Assembly (NCBI RefSeq): GCF_009914755.1
Contig: NC_060929.1
DNA: 64,000 nt
Source: the human T2T-CHM13v2.0 reference genome, Homo sapiens
Reading direction: 5' to 3' (one strand)
Shown: positions 14,584-30,448 of the stretch, in pieces
How positions within the stretch are numbered: position 1 is the stretch's first letter
Layout of the letters: every line of letters starts with the position of its first letter
The notes under the pieces: generated by a model
Told to the model about the DNA's origin: nothing
The model's input: the letters and a program-made list of their open reading frames with translations, nothing else
The model's database searches: none
Translations under genes and position numbers: made by a program

Positions 14584-14743
14584 CAGCCAATGGTCCAGCA
14601 GCACCAGCCCAGGGCAGCCAATGGTCCAGCAGCACCAGCCCAGGGCAGCCAATGGTCCAGCAGCACCAGCCCAGGGCAGCCAATGGTCCAGCAGCACCAG
14701 CCCAGGGCAGCCAATGGTCCAGCAGCACCAGCCCAGGGCAGCC
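14584..14743. repeat. 31-bp minisatellite, 5 identical copies plus 5 bp
   Basis: Unit CAGCCAATGGTCCAGCAGCACCAGCCCAGGG at 14584, 14615, 14646, 14677 and 14708. Confidence 0.97.
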
Positions 14744-14865
14744 TCAGGCTCAGGACTTTAGGGCTCCACACAGCAGGGTTGGATCCTCAGCACACAGCTA
14801 GCTGGAGTCTGACCCCCAAGGTCCCAGCTTGTCCCCACCCCCATCAGTCAAAGGAAAACCAGAGA

Positions 14866-15010
14866 GGCCGGGCCCGGCGGCTCACACCTGTAATCCCAGC
14901 ACTTTGGGAGACCAAGATGGGAAGATCACTTGAACCCAGGAGTTCAAGACCAGCCTGGGCAACATGGCAAGATCCCATTTCTAAACAACAAAAAATTAAA
15001 ATAAAATAAA
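14866..15010 (+). mobile_element. FLAM / Alu left monomer
   Basis: GGCCGGGCCCGGCGGCTCACACC...CAACATGGCAAGATCCC plus A-rich tail. Confidence 0.85.
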
Positions 15011-15423
15011 GGCAGGCCAGGGAGAGACTGCCCAGGACGGTGGCCGCAGCTGCTGTGCATAAGGGCCCGCTGTGGGCCTGGCGTGGTGCTGGGAGTACCC
15101 ATGTGTCTCCTCCTGTATTCTTCAGTCCTTGACCTGGCTCCCAGGGGCCTGTCTGTGCTGCCTTCCTTCTGTGCCTGGAAGTGTCCCTGAGCCTTGGCAG
15201 CTTCCACGTAGCCTCAGAACCACTTTCCATTTGTATTGTTAGATTAGTTTTAAATATCCAAGTAATCCATGAATTCACTTTTCTTATATATATGTACAAT
15301 TAACTGCCCCCATTCCCCGCCCAAATCCTAGGTCCCAGGTAACAGCGGTTTCAGCTTTTGCTCCTTCTCCTTGCAGGCCTTTCCTGTGTTTACACCCACC
15401 TGCAGCGTGGATAAAGAGTTTCT

Positions 15424-16046
<623 letters not shown>

Positions 16047-16269
16047 GAGTTTCTATGAGTGTGTCACAAAGCGCACAACGTGTCCACATGGTTCTGCCCC
16101 TTTGACTTTTTCACTGTCCGCCTGTCTTGCTGAGTGAAACCTCCACCAGTGTGTGGCCCCTGCTGTTCTTTTGATGGCTGTGTGTTCCCCAGTGTGGAGA
16201 CGGCTGGTGCTGTCTTTCTCCCGCTGATGATGTGGAGGTTCTGGGTAAGATTCTGCAGCTCCCTTCTGC

Positions 16270-16604
16270 TGTAGACTGAATGTTTGTCCCCAGCCCCGTC
16301 AATTCATATATTGAGGCATAAGCCCCACAGTGATGGTATTAGGAGGGCCTTTGTGAGGTTATTAGGTCACAGGATGAAGCCCTCATGAATGGAACTATTG
16401 CCCATATAAAAGGGGGCCCTTGCCCCTTCTGCCATGAGAAGACACAGCTAGAGAACCAGAAAGCAGGCCCTTGCCAGACACCAAAGCTGCTGGTGCCGTG
16501 ACCTTGGACTTCCCAGCCTCCAGAACTCTGAGAAATCAATTTCTGTTGTTGTTATGCTCTCCAGTCTGTGACATTCTGCAGTAGAGGCCTGAATGGACTA
16601 AGAC
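16270..16604 (+). mobile_element. MLT1A/MST-like MaLR solo LTR
   Basis: GACTGAATGTTTGTCCCC..GCCCTCATGAATGG..TTGGACTTCCCAGCCTCCAGAACT..GAATGGACTAAGAC. Confidence 0.8.
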
Positions 16605-17285
16605 GCCTTCCTAGGAGTTAGATGATTCCTCCTCCATTATTCTGGGCTGTCTCGAAGCCCCACGGCTGCTCACCCTCTACACAGCCTGGTCATCTCCTGC
16701 ACTGCCTGGCCCCAGCCCCATCTCCATGCCAGTGTTCCCCACAGCTCCATCTCCAGGTGAGCCTCCGCTGGCCTCCCCCGGCCACCTCTGCTGGACAGCC
16801 CACAGGCTCCCGGACTGCTTCGGTGTTGCACGGGGACTGTGAAGAGCTGGGACCGTGGCGAAGAAACATCTGCTGAGCCAAGGACACTGTTGGTCATGCT
16901 TGTGTCTTCATAGCAGAAAGTTCTAAAGGCAGTGTTAGGTGGGCCTGTGTACACACGGACCCCGTCTGGGTCGGCACTGCCTGAGGGCAGCCAGCACTGA
17001 GGCGGGTCGTGACCCCGTCGGTGCCTGTGCAGAAAGGAGGCTCGCTGCAGAAGGGAAGAAACCTGTGCTAACCCTGCCCCGCCTCCTGCTGGCTCTGTGC
17101 CCTGGGGCCTGTCAGTACCGGATCCCAGCCTTGCTTTCCTCACTGGTAAATTAGGGATCTAACGCACAGTCTGCCACGAGGATGGGATTGATGAGATGAG
17201 GCAGCCCGAGTTACTGGCTGTGATTTCTGTCGTGATCCTACCTATTTTCTTCTTCGCCCTGCTGTTCTGAAGATTAAATATAACA

Positions 17286-17600
17286 GTCGAGTGTGGTGGC
17301 TCATGCCTGTAATCTCAGCACTTTGGGAGGCTGAGGCGGGCAGATCACCTGAGGTCAGGAGTTCAAGACCAGCCTGGTCAACATGGTGAAACCCCGTCTC
17401 TATAAAAAAATACAAAACTTAGCTGGGTGTGGTGGCGCATGCCTGTAATCCCAGCTATTCAGGAGACTGAGGCAAGAGAATCACTTGAACCCAGGAGGGG
17501 AAGTTTGCAGTGAGCCGAGATCATGCCATTGCACTCCAGCCTGGGCAACAGCAAGACTCTGTCTAAAATAAATAGATAAAATAAATAAATTAAATAGATC
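17286..17600 (+). mobile_element. AluS-like
   Basis: Full dimer, (TAAA)n tail. Confidence 0.9.
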
Positions 17601-18504
17601 AATAAAACAGTACAACACAGCGTCAGGCACTGTGCCAGCACATTAGAAGGTGCTCCATGAACGCCAGCTTCCTTCCTCTTTCCAGATTTATTTTCAACTG
17701 GAAAGCGTCAATGAATGAGTGAATGAGGGAATCACTGCTCCCCTCAGCAGTGAGCTGAGGAGTAGATCCTTGCTGACCGCTGAGCCACAGGCACTGATCA
17801 ACACCTAGAATGTCGATGGGGACAGTTACCTTGGAGGGGCTGTTGACTGTATCCCCAAGACAGGAGCAGCCAGATGCCCTGTGCCTCCAAAAGGAATGTG
17901 TGAGGATGCTCCCAGCCCCACCCCTGAGACTTCCTGCCAAAAAAGTTGAGCCTGAATCCTGCGCATTCGCTTTACGACTGACTTCCAGTTTCAAGGAGGA
18001 AGGGGATGGAGGGTCGCATTAAACAACACCTCAAGGCAGCCCAGATCGGGAGGGAGGGTCCCTCTGCAGGACAGAAACCAGCTCGTGCCGCAAGCCAACC
18101 GCGAGAAGGGAAGAGGGGGCGCTCTAGGTTACAAGAGAATTAAGAAGCACAACACCCAGATACGTGTGGCCTGTGTTTGGATTCTATTTGAACAAAAGAC
18201 ATGAAAAGAGACTTTATTTTTCAGGCAATGGGGAAGTGTGACTGTGGACAGGGCATTAGATGACATCAAAGACTTCCTGACCACTAAGTGTCATAATAGC
18301 ATTACAATCATGCAGGAAAATATCCTATGAAGGACGTGGAGATAACATGGGATGTGTTTTTCAGGAAGAGCTATGACGGCAGACTAAAAATGTACGGTTA
18401 TTTGGTGTAAGATATCTGTTTACCAGAGGCCTTCCTATTGGTCTATAGTGTAAGAATATTTTGACAAGCAGTTTTTATTTATAGAAACAAAAATAAAGGT
18501 CTTT

Positions 18505-18994
18505 GCAATCCCAAATACTCAGGAGGCTAAGGCAGGAGGTTTACCTGAGTCCGGGAGTTCAAGGCTGCAGTGAGTTATGATTGTGCCACTGCACTCCAGC
18601 CTGGGTGACAGAGTGAGACCCTGTCACACACATACAAAAAAAAGCTATTTGCAAAAATTTTGAAAAGTTAATGGTAAGAATCAATGAGGCCAGGTGAAGT
18701 GGCTCATTCATGTCTGTAACCCCAGGACTTTGAAAAACTGAGGAGGGATGATCATTTGAGGTCAGGAGTTCGAGACCACCCTGTCAACATTGTGAAACCC
18801 CGTCTCTACTAAAAATATAAAAATTAGCCAGGCATGGTGGCCGCACACCTGCAATCCCAGCTACTCGGGAGGCTGAGGCAGGAGGATTGCTTGAACCCAG
18901 GAGGTGGAGGTTGCCGTGAGCTGAGATCACGTCACTGTACTCCAGCCTGGGTGATGGAGTGAGATTCTGTCTAAAAAAAGAAAAAAAAAAAAAA
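18505..18994 (+). mobile_element. FRAM/AluJ right arm (~18505-18642) and full Alu (~18688-18994)
   Basis: Alu consensus match. Confidence 0.85.
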
Positions 18995-19879
18995 GCTCAA
19001 TGGCAGTAATGGTATAGTCAAACTCATCTATTCAATCTATTCATTTATTCATAGCAAAAGCACACAAGCCTGTGGGAAAATAATTTGGCAATAAGCAGCG
19101 AGAACCATACAAATACCATGTTCTCTAGCTCAAGACTCTGATTGCTGGGAATTTACCCTGATGAAATAACCCGAAAGAAGGGGAAAACCACTCAGGGCAA
19201 GGGTGTGGCTCTGGAGTTACGTGCTTTGCCTTGACGGCACTAGAAAGCAAAGTTCCGAGGACTGTGTTGCAACTTGGAAGCCCGCGCAAGCAGCTGGAAG
19301 GGGTGCTGTGATTACAGCCGCGTGAAGGCATGCGCGCTGGGGCCTGGCCAGCGGGGTGCCTGGAGAGGTGAGTGTGGTGGCTGGATCTGGGGGAGAGGCA
19401 GGTCCGCTAGGAAGCAGGGGGCAGGGGCAGGGTGTGTTTGCAAGCTGGTACCGTGCTGCCATGGCCACAGGTACAACTTCAGTGCAAATGGATTGTGAGC
19501 TGGAGTGACCCCTGAACACCTGGTGGAAACCAGCCGGGCTTACACTGGGCAAAGCTGGGTTGTCAGGGACCCTGGTGAGACCCTGTCTTCCCCCCATTCC
19601 TCTCTGCCAGTCTTGGGGCCCTGGGCTCCCACACAGACCGGCTTTCTGCGTGGGATAGGATTATCAGACCCTTTCCTGAAATCGCGGGTGGGAAACAGGT
19701 GAGGTCATGAAGGCAGCCTGGGAGGGAGGAAGGGACAGGATGTGGAGGGGAGAGGGAACACAGCAAAGGAGGCTTACTGGTCCAGGTCCTCTGCGTACAT
19801 CATCTCACTGCCTCAAAATGTTTGGGGAATGAGGCACGGTATAAACTTTCTTCACTTTTCCTTCACTACAGTCTTCTGC

Positions 19880-20110
19880 AGGTATTATTGTCCCCATTTT
19901 ACAGACAACGAAGCTGAGGCTCCAAGGGATTGGTAACCTTACAAAGATTTACTAAGTTTTTAGGTGTAAAACTGAGATACTAACCCAGATCTGTGTCTCT
20001 GGGGCCAGGCTCTCTGGGGAAATCAGCCCAGGTCATCTCTCTCTCTCTCTCCAGTATCACCTGTGGCTTCTTAGATAGGAAACTGAGGCTGAACACTTAC
20101 AGGCTTGCAC
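19880..20110 (-). mobile_element. MIR fragments
   Basis: TATTATTGTCCCCATTTTACAGAC..CTGAGGCTC; AGATAGGAAACTGAGGCT. Confidence 0.6.
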
Positions 20111-20379
20111 AAGTAACTGCACTGCCAGCCTCCTCAATTATTGACCCAGGATCTGATGTCAAGCCCCACCCTCAGGGTGCTGGGCCCTCATGTCCCATTT
20201 AAGTGTGGCCCTAAAGGCTGACAGCTTTCCTTTCCCAACAGGTACCTGGTCCATCCCTCCAGGCCCCTTAGAGAGAGGACTCAGAGAAGAGACTGAGGGA
20301 GATGGGATGTGCCAGGGTTTCCTGCTAGGAGCCTCATCTTTCTACCCCTTCTCTGTTCCCGAGAACACAGTGGTCATCC

Positions 20380-20564
20380 CCTCTGGAAGATGAAGTAACA
20401 GGGCACCATCTTGGAAGCAAAGAGAGCAGCCCTCGCCAGACTCCAAGTCTGCTGGAGCCTTAATCTTGGACTTCCCAACCTCTAGAGTTGTGAGAAAATA
20501 AATTTCTATTTATAATTTACCCAGTCCATGGAGTTGTGTTACAGCAGCACAAGTGGACTAAGAC
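20380..20564 (+). mobile_element. MLT1A/MST-like LTR 3' half
   Basis: CACCATCTTGGAAGCA..GCCCTCGCCAGA..ATCTTGGACTTCCCAACCTCTAGA..GGACTAAGAC. Confidence 0.75.
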
Positions 20565-20725
20565 GCTGTCAACACTTAATTTCTGTTGTTATGCCATCGT
20601 AGTGGTTGTAAACTGATATCACGTTGTGATTTTGATTTGCATTTCCCTGATGATTAGTGATGTTGAGCATCTATCTGTTCATGTGCTTGTTGGCCCTTTG
20701 TGTATCTTCTTTGAATAAATGTCTA

Positions 20726-21136
<411 letters not shown>

Positions 21137-21244
21137 CTTTATATATTCTGGATAGTAGATTTTTTATCAGATACATAGTTTGCAATTTCCTTCTCCCATT
21201 CTGAGGGCTGTCTTTTCACACTTTCTCTCTCCTCTTTTTAAAAA

Positions 21245-21695
<451 letters not shown>

Positions 21696-22037
21696 GACAG
21701 TGTTCTTTGATGCACAAAAGTTTTTAGTCTTGATAAAGTACAAATTTATCTATTGTTGTTGTTGCATGTGACTTTGGTGACATCTGAGCACCCATTGCCA
21801 AATCCAGGGCATTAGGATTTGCCCCAGTGTTTTCTCTAAGAGTTTTTTGTACCTTTAACTGTTATACTTAGGGTTTCGTTCCCTTTTGAGTTGACTTTTG
21901 TTTATAGTGTGAGGAAAGGCCTCAGCTTTATTTTTTTGCATTTGGATATCTGGTTGGCCCAGCATCATTTATTGATGAGATTGTTCTCCATGAAAGGGCT
22001 TTGAATTATTATTGGTTGAAGAATAGTTTTTCTGGGT

Positions 22038-22143
22038 TCCCTTGCTTCAGTAGCATATATACTAGAAACTGGAATGACACAGAGAAGATTAGGATGGCCC
22101 CTGGGCAAGGATGACGTGCAAATTTGTGAAGTGTTCATTTTAT
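22038..22143 (+). pseudogene. RNU6: U6 snRNA retro-pseudogene (near full length, diverged)
   Basis: CTTGCTTCAGTAGCATATATACTAGAAACTGGAATGACACAGAGAAGATTAGGATGGCCCCTGGGCAAGGATGACGTGCAAATTTGTGAAGTGTTC aligns colinearly with U6 (ACAGAGA box kept, AGC triad changed to AGG, CpGs decayed). A-rich tail, degenerate TSD, flanked by L1 sequence. The symbol names the family only. Confidence 0.93.
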
Positions 22144-22944
22144 TAGAAATAAAAATTAAATTACAAATTTTCTAAGGAATTATTTTTTGGATATAGAGTT
22201 CTTGGTTGACAGTTTTTTTTTTCTTTCATCATTTTAAATATGCCAACTTTCCGGCCTCCATGGTTTCTGATGAGAAATCAGCTGTTAATCTTATTGAGGA
22301 TCCCTTATATGAGACAAGTTTACTTCTCTTGTGATGCTTTCAAGATTCTCTCTTTTGCTGGATAGGAGTGAAGCAAGATGGCAAAATAGGACTTTACAGT
22401 GATTGTCCCGCCACAGAAACATCAATTTGAACAACTATTCATGCTTGAAAATATCTTCACACGAGCTAAGGAAACCAGGTGAGAGAGAGCAGTACCTGGT
22501 TGTAGCATAATGAGAAAGTATATATTGGCGAGGGCAGGAGAGGCAGTTTTAAGTTACCCACATCATCCATCCCCAGCCCCAGGCAGCACTGAATTGAGAG
22601 ATGCCATCCTCTGGGGAGGAAGAGAGGGAAGTAAGCATAGGACTTTTCCTTAGACCCCAGTACCAGGCCCAGCACCAGGCAAACCCCCACATCCCACATC
22701 CCATATTCCAGGCCAGTAATCATGGACTGAGCCTCTAAACCTGCCCTCAGATCACACCATATACAAAAATTAACTCAAAACGAATTAATGACTTAAATGT
22801 AAGAACCAAATTATGAAACTACTAAAAGAAAACATTTGGGAAAACTCCACGGCATTGGCCTGGGTAAGGACTTTTTGCAGATAACCCCCAAAGCATAGGC
22901 AACGAAGCAAAAATAGATAAATGGGATTACATCAAGCTGTAAAG

Positions 22945-25900
22945 TTTCTTTTTTCATTTTTTTGAGACAGGGTCTCACTCTGTTGCCCAGGCTGGAGTGC
23001 AGTGGTGCGATCACAGCTCACTGCAGACTTGACCTCCAGCTTCAGGTGATTTTTTAAAATTTACTTTTATTTTTGTATGTATCTAAAATATTTCAAAAGC
23101 ATATAAAATGTATATTCAGACATACTATTACATTTCTTCTTCCCTCAATCTTACTATGACCATACCATGTAGCTAACCATTTAGTATGTTAAATTCTGTA
23201 TTTTTTGTTCTTCCTGGGTGTCTTTTTTTTTATTATTATACTTAAGTTCTGGGATACATGTGCGTAACATGCAGGTTTGTTACATAGGTATACATGTGCC
23301 ATGGTGGTTTGCTGCACCCATCAACCCATTATCTACGTTAGGTATTTCTCCTAATGCTATCCCTTCCCTTGCCCCTCACCCCCAACAGGCCCCAGTGTGT
23401 GATGTTCCCCTCCCTGTGTCCATATGTTCTCATTGTTCAAATCCCACTTATGAGTGAGAACATGCAGTGTTGGGTTTTCTGTGTTAGTTTGCTGAGAATG
23501 ATGGTTTCCAGCTTCATCCATGTCCCTGCAAAGGACATTAACTCATTCTTTTTTTATGGCTGCATAGAATTCCACGGTGTATATGTGCCACATTTTCTTT
23601 ATCCAGTCTATCCTTGATGGGCATTTGGGTTGGTTCCAAGTCTTTGCTATTGTGAATAGTGCCACAATAAACATAAGTGTGCATGTGTCTTTATAGCAGA
23701 ATAATTTATAATCCTTTGGGTATATACCCAGTAATGGGATTGCTGGGTCAAATGGTATTTCTGGTTCTAGATTCTTGAGGAATGGCCACACTGTTTTCCA
23801 CAATGGTTGAACTAATTTACACTCCCGCCAACAGTGTAAAAGCGTTCTATTTCTCCACATCCTCTCCAGCATCTCTTGTTTCCTGACTTTTTAATGATAG
23901 CCATTCTAATTGGCATGAGATGGTAGCTCATTGTGGTTTTGATTTGCATTTCTCTAATGACCAGTGATGATGAGCTTCTTTTCATGTTTGTTGGTCGCAT
24001 AAATGTCTTCTTTTGAGAAGTGTCTGTTCATATCCTTTGCCCACTTTTTGATGGGGTTCTTTTTTTTTCTTGTAAATATGTTTAAGTTCTTTGTAGATTC
24101 TGAATATTAGCCCTTTGTCAGATGGATACATTGCAAAAGTTTTCTCCCATTCTGTAGGTTGCCTGTTCACTCTGATGATAGTTTCTTTTGCTGTGCAGAA
24201 GCTCTTTAGTTTAATTAGATCCCATTTGTCAATTTTGGCTTTTGTTGCCATTGCTTTTGGTGTTTTAGACATGAAGTCCTTGCCCATGCCTATGTCCTGA
24301 ATGGCATTGCCTAGGTTTTCTTCTAGGGTTTTTATGGTTTTAGTTCTTACATTTAGATCTTTAATCCATCTTGAGTTAATTTTTGTATAAGGTGTAAGGA
24401 AGGGGTCCAGTTTCAGTTTTCTGCGTATGACTAGCCAGCTTTCCAAACACCATTTATTAAATAGGGAATCCTTTCCCCATTGCTTGTTTTTGTCAGGTTT
24501 GTCAAAGATCAGATGGTTGTAGATGTGTAGTGTTATTTGGGAGGCCTTTGTTCTGTTCCATTGGTCTATATCTCTGTTTTGGTACCAGAACTAAGCTGTT
24601 TTGGTTACTGTAGCCTTGTAGTACAGTATAAAGTTAGATAGCGTGATGCCTCCAGCTTTGTTCTTTTTGCTTAGGATTGTCTTGGCTATACGGGCTCTTT
24701 TTTGGTTCCATATGAAATTTAAAGTAGTTTTTTTCTAATTCTGTGAAGAAAGTCAATGGTAGCTCAATGGGAATAGCATTGAATCTATAAATTAATTTGG
24801 GCAGTATGGCCATTTTCACGATATTGATTCTTCCTATCCATGAGCATGGAATGTTTTTCCATTTGTTTGTGTCCTCTTTTATTTCCTTAAGCAGTGGTTT
24901 GTGGTTCTCCTTGAAGAGGTCCTTCATATCCCTTGTAAGTTGTATTCCTAGATATTTTATTCTCTTCATAGCAATTGTGAATGGGCGTTCACTCATGATT
25001 TGGCTCTCTGTCTATTATTGGTGTTTAGGAATGCTTGTGATTTTTGGATATTGATTTTGTATCCTGAGACTTTGCTGAAGTTGCTTATCAGCTTAAGGAG
25101 TTTTTGGGCTGAGACGATGGAGTTTTCTGAATATACAATCATGTCATCTGCAAATAGAGATAATTTGGCTTCCTCTCTTCCTATTTGAATACCTTTTATT
25201 TCTTGCTCTTGCCTGATTGCCCTGGCCAGAACTTCCAATACTATGTTAAATAGGAGTGGTGAGAGAGGGCATCCTTGTCTTGTGCTGGTTTTCAAAGGGA
25301 ATGCTTCCAGCTTTTGCCCATTCAGTATGATCTTGGCTGTGGGTTTGTCATAAATAGCTCTTATTATTTTGAGATATGTTCCATCAGTACCTAGTTTATT
25401 GAGTGTTTTTAGCATGAAGGGGTGTTGAATTTTATCGAAGGCCTTTTCTGCATCTATTAAGATAATCATGTGTTTTTTGTCATTGGTTCTGTTTATGTGA
25501 TGGATTACATTTATTGATTTGCATATGTTGAACCAGCCATCCCAGGGATGAAGCAGACTTGATCATGGTTTATAAGCTTTTTGATGTGCGCTGGATTCAG
25601 TTTGCCAGTATTTTATTGAGGATTTTCGCATCAATTTTCATCAGGGATATTGGCCTGAAAATTTTGTTGTTGTTGTTGTCTCTCTGCCAGGTTTTGGTAG
25701 CAGAATGATGCTGGCCTCATAAAAAGAGTTAGGGAGGAGTCCCTCTTTTTCTATTGCTTGGAATAATTTTAGAAGGAATGGTACCACCAGCTCCTCTTTG
25801 TACCTCTGGTAGAATTCAGCTGTGAATCCGTCTGGTCCTGGGATTTTTTTGGTTGGTAGGCTATTAATTACTGCCTCAATTTCAGAACTTGTTATCGGTC

Positions 25901-26333
25901 TATTCAGGAATTCGACTTTTTCCTGGTTTAGTCTTGGGAGGGTGTATGTGTCCAGGACTTTATCCATTTCTTCTAGATTTTCTAGTTTATTTGCATAGAG
26001 GTGTGTGTAGTATTCTCTGACGGTAGTTTGTATTTCTGTGCGATCAGTGGTGGTGTCCCCTTTTCCATTTTTATCGGGTCTGTCTGATTCTTCTCTCTTT
26101 TCTTCTATATTAGTCAGCTCAGATGATTTTTCCACCACAGCCCCCCAAGTAACTGGGAGAACAGGTGCAGGCCGGCATGCCCGGCTGATTTTTGTTTTTT
26201 GGATTTCTTTTTGGTAAAGACAGAGTTTTGCCATGTTACCCAGGCTGGTCTTGAGCTCCTGGGCTCAAGCAAGCTGCTTACCTCAGCCTCCCAAAGTGCT
26301 GAGATTACAGGTGTGAGCCACCACACCCAGCTC
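22945..26333 (-). mobile_element. AluJ split by the L1PA insertion (22945-23054 and 26115-26333)
   Basis: The two halves join colinearly across the L1 TSD. Confidence 0.8.
23223..26114 (-). mobile_element. L1PA (about PA7/PA8), 5'-truncated, ~2.9 kb, ORF2 disrupted
   Basis: ORFs 24993-25469 ([41 protein letters not shown] domain), 24634-24996, 23982-24446 and 23543-23872 (HCW..C knuckle region) are frameshifted ORF2p pieces. 3'UTR CCATGGTGGTTTGCTGCACCCATCAAC. Confidence 0.96.
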
Positions 26334-26580
26334 TAAAAAGTCTCTGCACAGCGAAGGAAAAAACAATCAACAGAATGAAGAGACAATCTACAGAATGAGA
26401 GAAAACACTGCAAATTACACATCTAATACAAAGTCAATATGTAAATATATAAGGAACTCAAACAACTCAATAGCAAGATAATAACCCAGTTTTTTAAATG
26501 GGCATAGGACCTGAATAGATATTTCCTAAAAGAAGTAATTTATATATATTCTGGATAGTAGGTTTTTATGAGATATGTGA

Positions 26581-27007
<427 letters not shown>

Positions 27008-27059
27008 TAATTATCTAGGTTTAGTCACTCCACAGTGTATATATACTTTAGAACACAGC

Positions 27060-27689
27060 TGGTGGAATCTCCAAAAAAGCTACTGAAACTAATAAATGAA
27101 TTCAGCAAGGTTGCAGGACACAAGATCAAGGTACTAGAGTCAATTTTATTCCTATGTATTAACAATGAATTGCAAATTAACATATTAATTATCCCCAAAT
27201 TGATCTATAGATTTAATACAGTTCCAATTAAAATCCAGTAGGCTTTCTTAAATATAGAAATTGAAAAGCTGTTTCTAAAATTCACAACATGGCACATGTA
27301 TACATACGTAACAAACCTGTACGTTGTGCACATGTACCCTAGAACTTAAAGTATAATAAAAATAAATAAATAAATAAAATAAAAAGAAAAGAAAATTAAA
27401 AGCAACTATGAGAGATTAGAGGCTTCTCGGGAAAAAAGAAAGAAAAAAAATGAAAATTAAAAGCACCTAGACTAGCCAAAGTCATTTTGAAAAAGATGAA
27501 CAAAGTTAGAAGGGTAACGGTACCTAAATTCAGTACTTATCATAAAGCAATATGATCAGACTTGCATGGGACTGGCGTAATAGACAAATTGATTAATGGA
27601 AAAGAGAGTGCAGAAATAGACCCACATATACTTGCAGAACTAATTTTTGACAAATATTTGAAGGCAACTCATTAAACAAAGGAAACTCT

Positions 27690-27690
<1 letters not shown>
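27060..27690 (+). mobile_element. L1M ORF2 remnant
   Basis: ORF 27035-27241 [35 protein letters not shown]. Confidence 0.8.
27286..27390 (+). mobile_element. Very short L1PA 3'-end stub
   Basis: AACATGGCACATGTATACATACGTAACAAACCTGTACGTTGTGCACATGTACCCTAGAACTTAAAGTATAATAAAAA. Confidence 0.92.
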
Positions 27691-29505
<1,815 letters not shown>

Positions 29506-29750
29506 CATCCTATTTTTCCCCATTGCTGAATGTGAATGGATTGTTAAAGATTACCACACATTTGAGGAAAGCTTCTTATGTCAAGTCTAGAGACCAAAAC
29601 TAACAGGCAAACAAACAAACAAGAGCTTGAATGAGGCAGAAACCACACATGGAAAGAAAGGCTTTAAAAATAAGCCTCTTATTAATATCCCCAGGGAGGT
29701 AGTGCATCCATGATTCAAGAACAGAATTTTATATTTTAATAAAAGAGTGA

Positions 29751-30448
<698 letters not shown>

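Larger units (their letters stand above)
22365..26530 (+). mobile_element. Old L1 (L1M/L1PB-like) 5'UTR and ORF2 pieces: 22365-22945 and 26334-26530
   Basis: GAAGCAAGATGGCAAAATAGG 5' motif; CACCATATACAAAAATTAACTCAAAA; resumes after the AluJ as AAAAGTCTCTGCACAGCGAAGGAAA. Confidence 0.7.

Noticed and set aside
14584-14743. CRISPR-like array (also 47370-47483 and 63349-64000)
   Set aside because: Head-to-tail tandem units without unique spacers, in primate DNA.
19360-19375. Strong splice donor GAG|GTGAGT
   Set aside because: Isolated motif with no supportable matching acceptor, promoter or reading frame.
23543-26234. Reverse transcriptase ORFs as an active or novel RT system
   Set aside because: Ordinary L1 ORF2p broken by frameshifts and 5'-truncated, with no endonuclease domain or ORF1.
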